Assembly (NCBI GenBank): GCA_964548435.1 | Contig: CAZJRG010000001.1 | Coordinates: 152-64,151 of the forward strand | Source of the DNA: an uncultured Sulfurimonas sp. | Lineage (GTDB): Bacteria > Campylobacterota > Campylobacteria > Campylobacterales > Sulfurimonadaceae | Direction of reading: 5' to 3' | DNA: 64,000 nucleotides | In this document: positions 1 to 10,064 of the stretch, piece after piece | Layout of the letters: each line of letters begins with the position of its first letter | How positions within the stretch are numbered: position 1 is the stretch's first letter | Notes under the pieces: model-generated | The model's input: only the letters and a program-made list of their open reading frames with translations | What the model was told of the DNA's origin: nothing | Databases searched by the model: none | Translations under genes and position numbers: made by a program

Positions 1-648
1 ACTTTTGTGTAGTTTCAAGTCAGCTATTTTCGAGCAGACTTGCAAGAAAACCTCGTAAGGTACATCATCGCCGCGTTTGAGAAAGTAGATAGCTCGCTGG
101 AGCGATACAAAAGGGTTTGCACTTACCTTACTCAGGTGATTTATGCGTGTATTGATGTAGTTTACAAACTCTATACGCATATCGCAAGCAAGAATGGTGA
201 AGAGTCTTTTTTTTGTGTTGTAGTTACACTCAAACGCGATCTTAGTTGAGTCAAAGTCAAAGCCATCGACAAGCTCACTCAAGCTCGCTCCATCAAAACG
301 CTCTCTGTAGACAAGCTGGTAGAGATCGTTTTTATAGCGGTAAGTGTAGGAGTTGTTCTCATACTCAAAGTAGTCTTGGTTCATGGAGCTGTTGATGAGC
401 TCTCTGTCTGCATTATCTGGAAAAAAAAGATCGAGATCCCTAAAAGTGTCTGCTTTGATGCACGAACCAGCGAGATAAAATTTTATATCCTGCTTTTTGA
501 TATGTTTGACGATTAAACGCTGAAAAAAAACATTGAGTTTGATGGCGATGCTATCGAGGCGATAGTCAAGCAAAGATGCCTGCTCGTAGGAGAGAAGCTC
601 CTCATAATCTTTAAAAAAACTGTAAATCATATCGGCTCCAGATGGCAT
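1..648 (-). CDS. Partial CDS (3' end beyond left window edge): minimal Pol-beta-type nucleotidyltransferase-fold protein, function unknown
   Basis: The minus-strand frame is open from the window edge to ATG at 648 (alternative ATG at 630). It is absent from the ORF track because no stop lies inside the window. My translation: MPSGADMIYSFFKDYEELLSYEQ...KFYLAGSCIKADTFRDLDLFFPDN...LVDGFDFDSTKIAFE...RAIYFLKRGDDVPYEV. G-S-x8-D-x-D plus a later acidic strand (FDFD) is the minimal nucleotidyltransferase signature. Confidence 0.55.
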   Translation of the reverse strand, partial: MPSGADMIYSFFKDYEELLSYEQASLLDYRLDSIAIKLNVFFQRLIVKHIKKQDIKFYLAGSCIKADTFRDLDLFFPDNADRELINSSMNQDYFEYENNSYTYRYKNDLYQLVYRERFDGASLSELVDGFDFDSTKIAFECNYNTKKRLFTILACDMRIEFVNYINTRINHLSKVSANPFVSLQRAIYFLKRGDDVPYEVFLQVCSKIADLKLHKS

Positions 649-804
649 CAAAAATTTTAATAAGCAAAATTATATCCCAAGAAGGTTTCCAAAACGACCA
701 AGTACAAAAAACATACAATTGATTACTTTTTAATCACCATAACTCTTTAATGAAAAGCCGAAATCAGCTATACTTCTGCTAAATAAATTTTTAGGAGATT
801 TTAA

Positions 805-2235
805 ATGGGAAAATTTGTAAACGGTGTTGAAGATTTTTTTACATTTTGTAAAGACAATGATGTCCAATTTGTGGATTTTAGATTTACAGACATTAAAGGA
901 ACATGGCACCATGTAAGCTACAGAATGAGTGCTGTAAACGCAGGATACTTTGAGGGTGGGCTCCCATTTGATGGTTCTTCGATAGATGCTTGGCAGCCAA
1001 TCAACAAGTCAGATATGTTGCTCATCCCAGATGCGGGATCTGCGTTTTTAGATCCTTTCACAGCGGATCCAACCATCATCGTGTTTTGTGATGTTTATGA
1101 CATCTACAAAAAACAAGCCTATGAGAGATGTCCACGTTCAATCGCAAAAGCAGCACTCAAACATGCTGAGTCTTTAGGAATTGCAGACGCTGCATATTTT
1201 GGACCAGAAAATGAGTTTTTTATGTTTGACTCAGTAACTTTTGTTGACAACATGAACGAAGCAGGATACAAAATCGACTCTGAAGAGGGTGGATGGAACT
1301 CAAACAATCCATATCCAAACGGTTTTAACTCAGCACACAGACCAGGAACAAAAGGTGGTTACTTCCCAGTAGCTCCAACTGACAGTGGCGTTGATATTCG
1401 TGCTGAGATGATGCAAGTTTTAGAGCAAGTTGGTCTTGAAGTCGTTCTTGGTCACCACGAAGTTGCTCAAGGGCAACACGAAATCGGTATAGTATTCTCT
1501 GACATCATCGGTGCAGCTGACAATGTTCAAAAGTACAAATATGTTGTAAAAATGGTAGCACACCTCAATGGTAAAACGGCTACATTTATGCCAAAACCAC
1601 TCTTTGGTGACAATGGAAACGGTATGCACGTACACCAGTCTCTATGGAAAGATGGCAAAAACCTCTTCTATAAAGAAGGAAACTATGCAAACATCTCTGA
1701 GATGGGTCTTAACTACATCGGTGGTATCTTTAAACATGCTCGTTCAGTAGCTGCGTTTACAAACCCGACAACAAACTCATACAAAAGATTGCTTCCAGGG
1801 TTTGAGGCACCAAGTGTACTTACATACTCTATGCAAAACCGTTCTGCATCTTGCCGTATCCCTTATGGAGCTGGTGAGAAAGCAACACGTGTTGAGATGC
1901 GCTTCCCAGACTCAACAGCTTGTCCATACCTTGCGTTTGCTGTAATGCTTATGGCAGGTCTTGACGGTATCAAAAACAAAGAGATTCCAATTGGTCCAAT
2001 GGATGAAGACCTTTATGAACTCTCACTTGATGAGATCCGTGAAAAAGGTATTCCACAGATGCCACACACGCTTCGTGGTTCACTCGAAGCGCTTGTACGT
2101 GACTATGCTTATCTTCAGCCTGTATTTACAGATGAGTTCCTTAAAGCGTACAGACACTACAGATTTGAGCGTGATGTATGGCCAGATGAAGGTCGTCCAA
2201 CAGCTTATGAGTTTAAAACAACTTATCAGTGTTAA
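805..2235 (+). CDS. glnA: Glutamine synthetase, type I
   Basis: 476-aa ORF with an N-terminal [15 protein letters not shown] block and catalytic blocks [25 protein letters not shown] and [21 protein letters not shown] lies 7 nt upstream of the ATG. Confidence 0.95.
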   Translation: MGKFVNGVEDFFTFCKDNDVQFVDFRFTDIKGTWHHVSYRMSAVNAGYFEGGLPFDGSSIDAWQPINKSDMLLIPDAGSAFLDPFTADPTIIVFCDVYDIYKKQAYERCPRSIAKAALKHAESLGIADAAYFGPENEFFMFDSVTFVDNMNEAGYKIDSEEGGWNSNNPYPNGFNSAHRPGTKGGYFPVAPTDSGVDIRAEMMQVLEQVGLEVVLGHHEVAQGQHEIGIVFSDIIGAADNVQKYKYVVKMVAHLNGKTATFMPKPLFGDNGNGMHVHQSLWKDGKNLFYKEGNYANISEMGLNYIGGIFKHARSVAAFTNPTTNSYKRLLPGFEAPSVLTYSMQNRSASCRIPYGAGEKATRVEMRFPDSTACPYLAFAVMLMAGLDGIKNKEIPIGPMDEDLYELSLDEIREKGIPQMPHTLRGSLEALVRDYAYLQPVFTDEFLKAYRHYRFERDVWPDEGRPTAYEFKTTYQC

Positions 2236-2245
2236 TCTCTTTTTC

Positions 2246-2263
2246 GTGAGGCTTTTGCCTCAC
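2246..2263 (+). terminator. Hairpin downstream of glnA (GTGAGGC-TTTT-GCCTCAC), possible terminator
   Basis: Perfect 7-bp GC-rich stem with a 4-nt loop, 11 nt after the glnA stop. No clear U-tract follows, so the call is weak. Confidence 0.3.
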
Positions 2264-2401
2264 TACAACCCTCACAAACATCCTCTTTTCTTCTCCTAAA
2301 CGCAGCTCCAAACCAAAAATATAACGGCAAATTCGATATAATTGCGCCACTAATAACAAATGTAAGAGTGTGTTATTAAGTTCAAGTACAAAGGATTCAA
2401 A

Positions 2402-4060
2402 ATGAATCACATTCCAGAAGGAAAATATAGACCCTATCCAAAGATAGATTTGCCAAATAGACAATGGCCAGACAATACAATCACAAAAGCTCCTAAATGG
2501 TGTAGTGTTGACTTACGCGATGGAAACCAAGCGCTTATCAACCCTATGTCTATGGAGAAGAAACTTGAACTCTACACACTCTTACTCAAACTCGGATTTA
2601 AAGAGATAGAGGTGGGATTTCCCTCCGCTTCAAAGGTTGAGTTTGACTTTTTACGCCGTCTTGTCGATGACAATCTCATTCCAGATGATGTCACCATTCA
2701 AGTGCTTGTGCAAGCAAGAGAGCATCTTATAGAGAAGACTTTTGAAGCACTTCGCGGAGTGAAAAAAGCTACCGTGCATCTCTACAACTCAACATCCGTA
2801 GCGCAAAGAAAGATAGTTTTTGCTAAAACGCAAGAGGAGATCATAGCACTCGCGTTAGAGGGTGTTGCACTTGTCAAAAAGTATGAAGCACGCCACGATG
2901 GTGAGATATTTTTAGAGTATTCGCCTGAGAGCTTTACGGGAACAGAGCTAGAGTTTGCCGCTCGCATCTCAAACGCAGTGACTCATGCATGGGGGATTTC
3001 ACCTACAAGAAAGGTTATCATCAATCTTCCTGCAACTGTTGAGATGGCGACACCCAATATCTATGCTGATCAGATAGAGTGGATGTCGCGACACTTAGAG
3101 AACCGTGAAAATGTAATCATCTCTACACATACACACAACGACAGAGGCACATCTATAGCTGCGACTGAACTTGCACTTTTAGCAGGAGCTGACAGAGTTG
3201 AGGGGACGCTTTTAAGTAATGGCGAGCGAACTGGAAATGTAGACATCATTACTCTTGCCTTAAACATGACTACACAGGGTGTAGACTCGAAGCTAAACTT
3301 TACTGATGTCAGCGAAGTTTTAGATGTGGTGGAACGCTGTACAGAGATGCCAACACATCCTCGTCACCCTTATGTGGGAGAGCTTGTCTACACTGCGTTT
3401 TCAGGTTCACACCAAGACGCCATAAACAAAGGGCTTGCATACCAAAAAGCAAAAGAGGATAGTTTCTGGGAGGTTCCATACCTCCCAATAGATCCAAGCG
3501 ACGTAGGGCGTTCCTATGAGAGCATTATACGTATAAACTCGCAGTCTGGAAAAGGTGGAGTAGCCTATATCTTAGAGAAAAACTATGGTTATCAGCTTCC
3601 AAAAGCGATGCACCCAGAGGTTGGACAGATAGTTCAAGCACAAACAGACATTGTCGGACGCGAGCTGAGCAGTGATGAGATTTATACTATTTTTGAAGCA
3701 GCCTATTTTCATCCAAAAGAGCATGTACGTTTTGTAAACGCAATGCTCTCCTCAAAAGATGGAGTCTCTAACTGCACATTGACATATCTTCTTGAAGGTA
3801 AGGAGATAGTAGCCACTGCAAGCGGCAACGGTCCAATAGATGCCTGTAAACATGCACTTATGCAAGACTATAAAAACAGCTTCACTATCAAGTCCTATTC
3901 AGAGCACTCCTGTGGCGACTCTAGTGAAGCAAAAGCTGTGGCTTACATAGAGATAAGCACAAAAGAGACCTACTCGCGTTTTGGTGTAGGTGAAGACAAC
4001 AACATTGCCACCGCTTCCATAAAAGCGATGTTTTGTGCACTTAATCGCACTTTCTCTTAG
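2402..4060 (+). CDS. leuA: 2-isopropylmalate synthase (long LeuA form)
   Basis: 552-aa ORF with N-terminal RPYPKIDLPNRQWPD, the DLRDGNQA substrate motif, the HTHNDRGT metal-binding block and a C-terminal regulatory domain. AAGGA RBS upstream. Confidence 0.93.
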   Translation: MNHIPEGKYRPYPKIDLPNRQWPDNTITKAPKWCSVDLRDGNQALINPMSMEKKLELYTLLLKLGFKEIEVGFPSASKVEFDFLRRLVDDNLIPDDVTIQVLVQAREHLIEKTFEALRGVKKATVHLYNSTSVAQRKIVFAKTQEEIIALALEGVALVKKYEARHDGEIFLEYSPESFTGTELEFAARISNAVTHAWGISPTRKVIINLPATVEMATPNIYADQIEWMSRHLENRENVIISTHTHNDRGTSIAATELALLAGADRVEGTLLSNGERTGNVDIITLALNMTTQGVDSKLNFTDVSEVLDVVERCTEMPTHPRHPYVGELVYTAFSGSHQDAINKGLAYQKAKEDSFWEVPYLPIDPSDVGRSYESIIRINSQSGKGGVAYILEKNYGYQLPKAMHPEVGQIVQAQTDIVGRELSSDEIYTIFEAAYFHPKEHVRFVNAMLSSKDGVSNCTLTYLLEGKEIVATASGNGPIDACKHALMQDYKNSFTIKSYSEHSCGDSSEAKAVAYIEISTKETYSRFGVGEDNNIATASIKAMFCALNRTFS

Positions 4061-4074
4061 AATATTTTTATAAC

Positions 4075-4105
4075 AGAGGCGAAGATAAAACTATCTTCTA
4101 CCTCT
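4075..4105. terminator. Hairpin between convergent leuA and the helicase gene (AGAGGcGAAGATA-aaac-TATCTTCtaCCTCT)
   Basis: 7-bp plus 5-bp interrupted stem in the 30-nt convergent spacer, running into the last codons of the helicase gene. Possible bidirectional terminator. Confidence 0.35.
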
Positions 4106-5389
4106 TGAAGTGCTGGCTTTTGGAGCTGTTCCTTTAGAACTATCTCCTCTTGTTCTAGCAGCAGCCTTCTTATTTGCACCACCACCATGAGCTTTGTTTC
4201 TAGCTCCGCGGTTACCACCCATGTTTATGGGTTCTGCTTTTATTGATGGGTCTGGTTTGAAGCCTTTGAGCCACACTTTTGGAATCTCTTTTTTGATGAG
4301 CTTTTCAATGCCTCTCAAAAACTCATCCTCATCGACACAGACAAGCGAGATAGCCTCTCCCTCATTGCCCGCGCGCCCTGTTCGTCCGATGCGATGGACA
4401 TAATCCTCGCTCACATTTGGAAGATCAAAGTTTACTACATGAGGTAGCTGATCTATGTCGATACCACGAGCTGCTATATCTGTTGCCACAAGCACGCGCA
4501 CACTCCCCGACTTAAAATCTTCAAGTGCCTTCACCCTTGCATTTTGACTCTTGTTACCGTGAATGGCAGTGGCACTTATGCCATCTTTGCTCAGCTGCTC
4601 TGAGAGACGATTTGCTCCATGTTTTGTTCTAGTAAATACTAAAACCTGTTGCCAACTTCCCTCGTTTATGAGATGAGTCAGTAGCTCACGCTTGCGCTCT
4701 TTGTCTACATGGTAGACCGACTGTTTTACTATCTCACTTGAGGTATTTCTTCTTGCTACTTCAATGAGTGCGGGTGAACGCAAAAACTTCTCTGAGAGCT
4801 TCTTTATCTCATCAGAGTATGTCGCCGAGAAGAGTAGCGTTTGACGCTCTTTTGGTAGATGTGAAATCACTTTTTTGATGTCGTTTATAAAACCCATATC
4901 AAGCATTCGATCCGCTTCATCGAGTATGAGAAAATCTACTTTTTTAAGATCGATACTCTTTTGATTGATGTGATCAAGGAGCCGTCCAGGAGTAGCCACA
5001 ACGATGTCGACACCGCGTTTGAGTGCCACTACTTGAGGGTTCATCTTTACACCACCAAAAATGACAGCAGATTTAAAAGGTAGATGCGCTCCATAGAGCC
5101 GCACACTCTCTTCAACCTGCAGGGCAAGCTCACGTGTTGGTGTGAGTATAAGTGCTTGGAGTGTGTGGTGTGTGTTTTTCGTTTTCTCTCTTTTGCGTGA
5201 TAAAAGCTCTAAGAGTGGCAGTGTAAAACCAGCTGTTTTACCAGTTCCTGTTTGTGCTCCAGCTAAAATATCGCGTTTTTCTAAAATGACGGGTATAGCC
5301 TGCGTTTGAATGGGGGTGGGATTCTCATAGCCCTGTTCTTTTATGGCTTTTAAGAGATGGGCATTGAGCCCGAGTGTTGCAAATGACAT
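4091..5389 (-). CDS. DEAD-box ATP-dependent RNA helicase (RhlE/RhpA-like)
   Basis: Ordered motifs: Q motif (GYENPTPIQ), [31 protein letters not shown]. Basic Gly/Arg/Lys-rich C-terminal tail. Start moved from track ATG 5419 to ATG 5389 because AGGA sits 5 nt upstream of the latter. Confidence 0.92.
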   Translation of the reverse strand: MSFATLGLNAHLLKAIKEQGYENPTPIQTQAIPVILEKRDILAGAQTGTGKTAGFTLPLLELLSRKREKTKNTHHTLQALILTPTRELALQVEESVRLYGAHLPFKSAVIFGGVKMNPQVVALKRGVDIVVATPGRLLDHINQKSIDLKKVDFLILDEADRMLDMGFINDIKKVISHLPKERQTLLFSATYSDEIKKLSEKFLRSPALIEVARRNTSSEIVKQSVYHVDKERKRELLTHLINEGSWQQVLVFTRTKHGANRLSEQLSKDGISATAIHGNKSQNARVKALEDFKSGSVRVLVATDIAARGIDIDQLPHVVNFDLPNVSEDYVHRIGRTGRAGNEGEAISLVCVDEDEFLRGIEKLIKKEIPKVWLKGFKPDPSIKAEPINMGGNRGARNKAHGGGANKKAAARTRGDSSKGTAPKASTSRGRR

Positions 5390-5446
5390 CTTTTTCCTAA
5401 TATTGGTGTAATCGTTCATAATAGCATAATTTATGGCATTTATCGA

Positions 5447-5452
5447 TATAAT
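5447..5452 (+). promoter_or_regulatory. TATAAT -10 box for the Lys-rich protein gene
   Basis: Exact TATAAT (cgaTATAATt) 28 nt upstream of ATG 5481. It lies inside the track's N-terminal extension (5433-5480), which argues for the shorter start. Confidence 0.35.
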
Positions 5453-5480
5453 TACAAAAAATAATACTTTAGGATTTTGT

Positions 5481-6287
5481 ATGCAAGCAGAGACTCACAG
5501 CATAAAAGCCAACAACCATCGCATCTATCAATCCCCAACAGAGAAAAAAGCAGCCCTGCTCAATCTTCTCATCGAACAAAACGCAGCTTTACATATAGTG
5601 GTAGTTACCTCTAAAGATGCCCCAAGCATCGAAGAAAAAATTGCGAACAAAACCATACGAGTGATTGAAGATAGAGATCTTGTAAATGACAAAACACTCA
5701 GCTGTGAACTTCTCATCAGTTATGATCTACCCATAAAAGCCATAGTCTACATGGCTAGAATTGCCAAAGCAACTCAAAAAGCATTTTTGCTGCTTGATGA
5801 AGAGGAGCAAAAAGAGCTCCATGGCATTGAGATGCTTCTAGGTCGTGCCATTAAACAAGAGCGACTCGAAGGTTTTGAGTATAGCATCGCCCCAAAAATA
5901 AAACCTCTGTCAAATGCTCCAAAACAGCTCTCAAAAGAGCAGATCAAAGGTGAGGCGAAAAAACGTTACGATGCGAAAACACAAGAGAGACCAAAACGAG
6001 AGTTTAAAGAGAAAAAAGAGTTTAAAGAGAAGAAAGAGTTCAAATCAAAAAATGAACCAAACTCCAAAGACGCTAAACCAAAAGATCCTCGTTGGGAGAA
6101 GAAGAAAAAAGCTCCAAATAAATTTTTAGGCAAAGATGAAAATGGAAAAGCCATCTTCTCTGGCAAAGATGGAGCAAGAAATCATCGCTTCGATGGTACT
6201 CCAAAAGAGAAAGTACAAACTCCTCAAAACGCAGGCAGAAAGATAAACATCAAAGAGCTTAAACCAAAAGAACCAAAAGCAGATTAG
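5481..6287 (+). CDS. Stand-alone degenerate helicase C-terminal (RecA2-like) domain protein with Lys-rich repeat tail
   Basis: Residues ...[25 protein letters not shown]...[42 protein letters not shown] follow the DEAD-box C-domain pattern (INYDLP...[14 protein letters not shown]), but motif VI is degenerate (YMARIAKA). The C-terminal ~110 aa are Lys/Glu/Pro-rich with EFKEKK repeats. AGGA lies 7 nt upstream of ATG 5481. Confidence 0.7.
   Translation: MQAETHSIKANNHRIYQSPTEKKAALLNLLIEQNAALHIVVVTSKDAPSIEEKIANKTIRVIEDRDLVNDKTLSCELLISYDLPIKAIVYMARIAKATQKAFLLLDEEEQKELHGIEMLLGRAIKQERLEGFEYSIAPKIKPLSNAPKQLSKEQIKGEAKKRYDAKTQERPKREFKEKKEFKEKKEFKSKNEPNSKDAKPKDPRWEKKKKAPNKFLGKDENGKAIFSGKDGARNHRFDGTPKEKVQTPQNAGRKINIKELKPKEPKAD
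6000..6044 (+). repeat. In-frame 18-bp tandem repeat (2.5 copies) encoding EFKEKK
   Basis: GAGTTTAAAGAGAAAAAA / GAGTTTAAAGAGAAGAAA / GAGTTCAAA... read directly from the sequence. Confidence 0.85.
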
Positions 6288-8284
6288 AAGAGTAGCTCCT
6301 CCTCAGCTGCCTCCATCTGCTCTTCACGCGGAGGCTTAGAGATCTCGCTAAAGAACTCTTTTTTCCCCCCAATTTGTACCTCAACGATCCCCTCAGGCGC
6401 GACAAACTCACGCTGAATCTGCGGATAAAACTTCAAAATATTTTCATAATATCTGGCAAATGCAGGTCCTGCAACGGTAGCCCCAGTTTCGCGTCTATAC
6501 ATCGGAGTGTTGTCATCATTACCAAACCAAACCGCTGTGATGATGGTTGGTGAGTAGCCCACAAACCATCCATCGATGTTGTTGTTGGTCGTTCCTGTTT
6601 TTCCTGCGATCTCTACTCCTTTGACCGCAGCACGTCTTCCCGTTCCTTGATCGACGACATCTTTTAAGATGGTCGTCATGATGTAAGCCTGCGTTGGTAG
6701 ACTCGTCATCTTAGACTCACTCTGACTCTCATAAATCACTCTGCCGTTTTGCTCTATAGAGCTTATGAGATTTGTATGGAGTTGCTGCTCGCCATTGTTG
6801 GAAAAGGAAGTGTAAAACTTCGCAAGTTCCAGCGGTGACATCGACATCGTTCCAAGTGAGATGGAGAGATTGTTTGGAATATCTTCTATGCCAAACTTCT
6901 CAAGCTCACCAATGAGCTGTGAGAGTCCTATGTCATTGACAAGATTTATGGTGGCAAGATTTCGCGAATGCACCAGAGCTTCACGCAGCGAGAGAATGCC
7001 TTTGTAGTTTTTCTCATAGTTCTTTGGCTGCCACTTCTTAGCCTCGCCATCGCTTTGATACTCGTAAGTCTTTGCAATATCGACAAGCTGTGATGCACCC
7101 GAAAAACCAAAGTCAATGGCAACCTGATAGATAAAAGGCTTAAACGCAGAACCAGGCTGGCGTTTTCCCTGTGTTGCACGGTTAAAAGAGCTCTCAGCAT
7201 AATCTACACTCCCAACGAGTGCCAAAATATTTCCCGTGGCAGAATCGAGCGAAACCAAAGCACCGTTTAGTTTGCTCGGGTCGATGTCGTGCGCACTCAA
7301 AAGTGTGGTACTCCTGTGTTTGCCTTCATCTTTTTTATACTGCTCTATGCGTTTGAGCGAGAGATCGTAAGCGTGTTTAAGTGACTCTTGGGCGGCAGTT
7401 TGCAGCTTCATATCTATGGTCGTATGAACCTCATAGCCACCTGTTTTAAAATCCTCAATGCCTAACTCTGCAAATTTACGCATCACCTCGTCAACTACAA
7501 ATGGCGCTTGATTTTGCGTGAGTGTTTCGTTATAGACTTTTGGATTCTCTTTGAGTGCGGCTTCATATGTCGCTTCATCTATCCAACCCAAAACATGCAT
7601 TCTCTCTATAACGCGGTTAGCTCTTCCCATAGATATCTCATAGTTTCTTGTAGGCGCATAGATGCTTGGTGCTTTTGGAAGTCCTACGAGTATGGCTATC
7701 TCTTTGAGTGTCAAGTCGGCTAGCTTTTTGTGAAAATAGCCATCAGCAGCCGTTTGCAACCCATAATAACCATGTCCGTAGTAGATCTCGTTGAAGTAGC
7801 GTTCAAGTATCTGCTCTTTGGTGAGCACCTGTTCTACTTTGATGGCGTAAATCGCCTCTTTTATCTTTCTTGAGAGTTTCTTCTCTCGCGTGAGCAGGAC
7901 ATTTTTAACAAGCTGCTGCGTTATGGTACTTGCTCCCTCGACCGCTTTTCCAGCACGCAACACTTTTATGGCAGCACGAAAAATCGCCTCCACATTGACA
8001 CCAGGGTGTTCAAAAAATGTAGTATCTTCTATGGCTAAAAGTGCTTCGACTGCACGCGGGGGAATCTCCTCAAAAGGGACATAATAACGGTGCGTTTCAT
8101 TAAAAACATTGGCAATCTTGACACCATTTTTGTCGTAAATCTTACTCGTAATTTGCGGCTTATAATCTACAAGAACAGAGAAGTCATAGTTAAACTTAGT
8201 GTAGTAGTAAGCAAAGAGCCCAAAAGGTGCGATAAGCATTGCAAGTAGCAACAATACAAAGAGCGTTTTTATAAATTTTTTCAT
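6284..8284 (-). CDS. mrcA: Penicillin-binding protein 1A (bifunctional glycosyltransferase/transpeptidase)
   Basis: N-terminal TM anchor. GT51 motifs EDTTFFEHPGVN and GASTITQQL. Transpeptidase motifs SAFKP (SxxK), SRN and KTGTT. Confidence 0.92.
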   Translation of the reverse strand: MKKFIKTLFVLLLLAMLIAPFGLFAYYYTKFNYDFSVLVDYKPQITSKIYDKNGVKIANVFNETHRYYVPFEEIPPRAVEALLAIEDTTFFEHPGVNVEAIFRAAIKVLRAGKAVEGASTITQQLVKNVLLTREKKLSRKIKEAIYAIKVEQVLTKEQILERYFNEIYYGHGYYGLQTAADGYFHKKLADLTLKEIAILVGLPKAPSIYAPTRNYEISMGRANRVIERMHVLGWIDEATYEAALKENPKVYNETLTQNQAPFVVDEVMRKFAELGIEDFKTGGYEVHTTIDMKLQTAAQESLKHAYDLSLKRIEQYKKDEGKHRSTTLLSAHDIDPSKLNGALVSLDSATGNILALVGSVDYAESSFNRATQGKRQPGSAFKPFIYQVAIDFGFSGASQLVDIAKTYEYQSDGEAKKWQPKNYEKNYKGILSLREALVHSRNLATINLVNDIGLSQLIGELEKFGIEDIPNNLSISLGTMSMSPLELAKFYTSFSNNGEQQLHTNLISSIEQNGRVIYESQSESKMTSLPTQAYIMTTILKDVVDQGTGRRAAVKGVEIAGKTGTTNNNIDGWFVGYSPTIITAVWFGNDDNTPMYRRETGATVAGPAFARYYENILKFYPQIQREFVAPEGIVEVQIGGKKEFFSEISKPPREEQMEAAEEELLF

Positions 8285-8973
8285 TTTCTAAATGTCCTAT
8301 TGAGGAAATTTGCTTCTATGAGTCTGCGTGTGTACTCCTCTTTTGGAGCTGCGATTATGGCTGCCATAGATCCAGACTCTACTACATTTCCATAACGAAT
8401 TATACAGATATCTTCACATAAATTTGCCGCAGAAGTGATGTCGTGTGTCACAAAAAGCATAGCAAAGCCCTCATCTTTTGAGAGTTTTTTTAAGAGCTCT
8501 ATGATGGTGATACGCATCTGCGGATCGAGTGCAGTGGTGGGCTCATCAAGGAGAAGCAGTTTTGGTCTTGTGCTCAAAGCCATCGCAATCACAACACGCT
8601 GCAACTGTCCTCCAGAGAGCTCTGGAGCGTACCGCTCTAAAAGTGAGGTATCAAGACCCAGTATGCCAAAGAGCTCTTCAATTCGCTCTTGTGAGACAAA
8701 AAACTGTTTTTTGATCTTTGTAAGAGGAGAGAGCGCAGTAAAAGGGTTTTGCGGTACAAACGCGACACTTTTACCCGCTTCTAGAGCAAATGGACTCCCA
8801 AGCTCTAAAGAGACTCCAAGCTGACTTGGCAACATACCTAAAAGTGCTTTGAGCGTAAGACTCTTACCACTGCCACTCTCACCTACAAGTGCTAAAGAGT
8901 TCCTTATCTCCAAGGCTATCTCCACCAAGACTCTCTGCTCATCTTTAATGATGAGTTTTTTAATCTCTATCAT
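8281..8973 (-). CDS. ABC transporter ATP-binding protein (Dpp/Opp/Nik-type), no cognate permease in window
   Basis: Walker A GESGSGKS, signature LSGGQLQRV, Walker B LLLLDEPTTALD, H-loop VTHD. 4-nt overlaps with both neighbours. Confidence 0.85.
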   Translation of the reverse strand: MIEIKKLIIKDEQRVLVEIALEIRNSLALVGESGSGKSLTLKALLGMLPSQLGVSLELGSPFALEAGKSVAFVPQNPFTALSPLTKIKKQFFVSQERIEELFGILGLDTSLLERYAPELSGGQLQRVVIAMALSTRPKLLLLDEPTTALDPQMRITIIELLKKLSKDEGFAMLFVTHDITSAANLCEDICIIRYGNVVESGSMAAIIAAPKEEYTRRLIEANFLNRTFRK

Positions 8974-10064
8974 CTAAGCTCATTTATGGCTTCGCAGAGA
9001 TCTCTAAGTGTCTCTGGTGTCTCACCCAAACGTGCGATGAGACGTATGATTGCACTTGGAACTGTAGGCTGTCTTATAGCACCTACATGCATCCCATTTT
9101 GCAAGAGTTGCGTTTGTATCTCCAAAACCCGTCTATTATCCCCAATATGAATCGGTGCGATGAGACCATCCATCTCTACACCCAAAATCTCCTCAACCAA
9201 CCTCCTGCGTTTTGCTATCTCCTCTTGAAGCATTGAAGCATTTTGCAAAATATACTCAAGTGACTTGTGTGCGGCAAGAGTGTCATACAAAGAGAGCGAT
9301 GTCGCATAGATGATCGGTTTTGCTCGGTTGAGCAGGTACTCTATGATATGTGAAGAGGCAAGAATAAACGCACCAAAACTTCCATAAGCTTTCCCGAGTG
9401 TGCCCATTTTAATATGGTGTGGTTCTACCTTAATACCATAATGATCAAAGATACCCATAAGCCGTCTGCCTACTACACCACTAGAGTGTGCCTCATCGAC
9501 AATCAGTAGTGCGTGTGCCTCTGCAACCACGTCAAAGATCTCTTTTGCACAGAGATCTCCATCCATGGAGTAGATCCCCTCAACTGCGACTATCTTGCGT
9601 TTTGCACTACTCTTTTGCAGCATCAAACGCAGTGACTCTGCATCATTGTGTTTAAAAAAGAGGACATTTTTATGTGCAAGTTGTGAAGCCAAAACCCCTG
9701 ACGCATGGTAGAGTTCATCCATAAAAAGGGTGTCACCTTTACGCACAAGTGCATCTATGAGTGCTATGTTTGCATTAAACCCGCTTCCAAGAACTACACC
9801 ATCCTCAAAGCCATTTGCTTCACAAAGTGCTCGTTCCAAATCATGATGTGCTTGATGGTAGCCGCTCACAAGCATGGAAGCCTTTGAGGCATAGAGATTT
9901 TTACTTAAGAGCTCTTTAGATGCTGCCTCATGTATGCTCTTGTTATGGGCAAGTCCGAGATAATCATTGGATGCAAAGTCATGGAGTCTCTCATCATAGA
10001 GATGGCGCCTTCGATAGCGAGAGGCTTTCTGTAGCGCATCAAGCTCTTTTTGGTAGAAGTTCAT
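8970..10064 (-). CDS. bioF: 8-amino-7-oxononanoate synthase (alpha-oxoamine synthase family)
   Basis: SNDYLGLA, IYSMDGD and GTLGKAYGSFGA (PLP lysine) blocks, 364 aa. A KBL-type paralogue cannot be excluded without a search. Confidence 0.8.
   Translation of the reverse strand: MNFYQKELDALQKASRYRRRHLYDERLHDFASNDYLGLAHNKSIHEAASKELLSKNLYASKASMLVSGYHQAHHDLERALCEANGFEDGVVLGSGFNANIALIDALVRKGDTLFMDELYHASGVLASQLAHKNVLFFKHNDAESLRLMLQKSSAKRKIVAVEGIYSMDGDLCAKEIFDVVAEAHALLIVDEAHSSGVVGRRLMGIFDHYGIKVEPHHIKMGTLGKAYGSFGAFILASSHIIEYLLNRAKPIIYATSLSLYDTLAAHKSLEYILQNASMLQEEIAKRRRLVEEILGVEMDGLIAPIHIGDNRRVLEIQTQLLQNGMHVGAIRQPTVPSAIIRLIARLGETPETLRDLCEAINELR

Noticed and set aside
6000-6044. 18-bp tandem repeat as a CRISPR-like or phase-variable element
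   Set aside because: Only 2.5 directly abutting copies with no spacers. The unit is a multiple of 3, so copy-number change keeps the frame. It is simply a Lys/Glu-rich peptide repeat.
6359-6370. T6C6 homopolymer pair (G6A6 on the coding strand) near the 3' end of the PBP1A gene as a slipped-strand phase-variation switch
   Set aside because: Tracts of 6 are shorter than the poly-G/C tracts (usually 8 or more) that phase-vary in Campylobacter and Helicobacter. The site also lies in the last ~25 codons of an essential-type gene.
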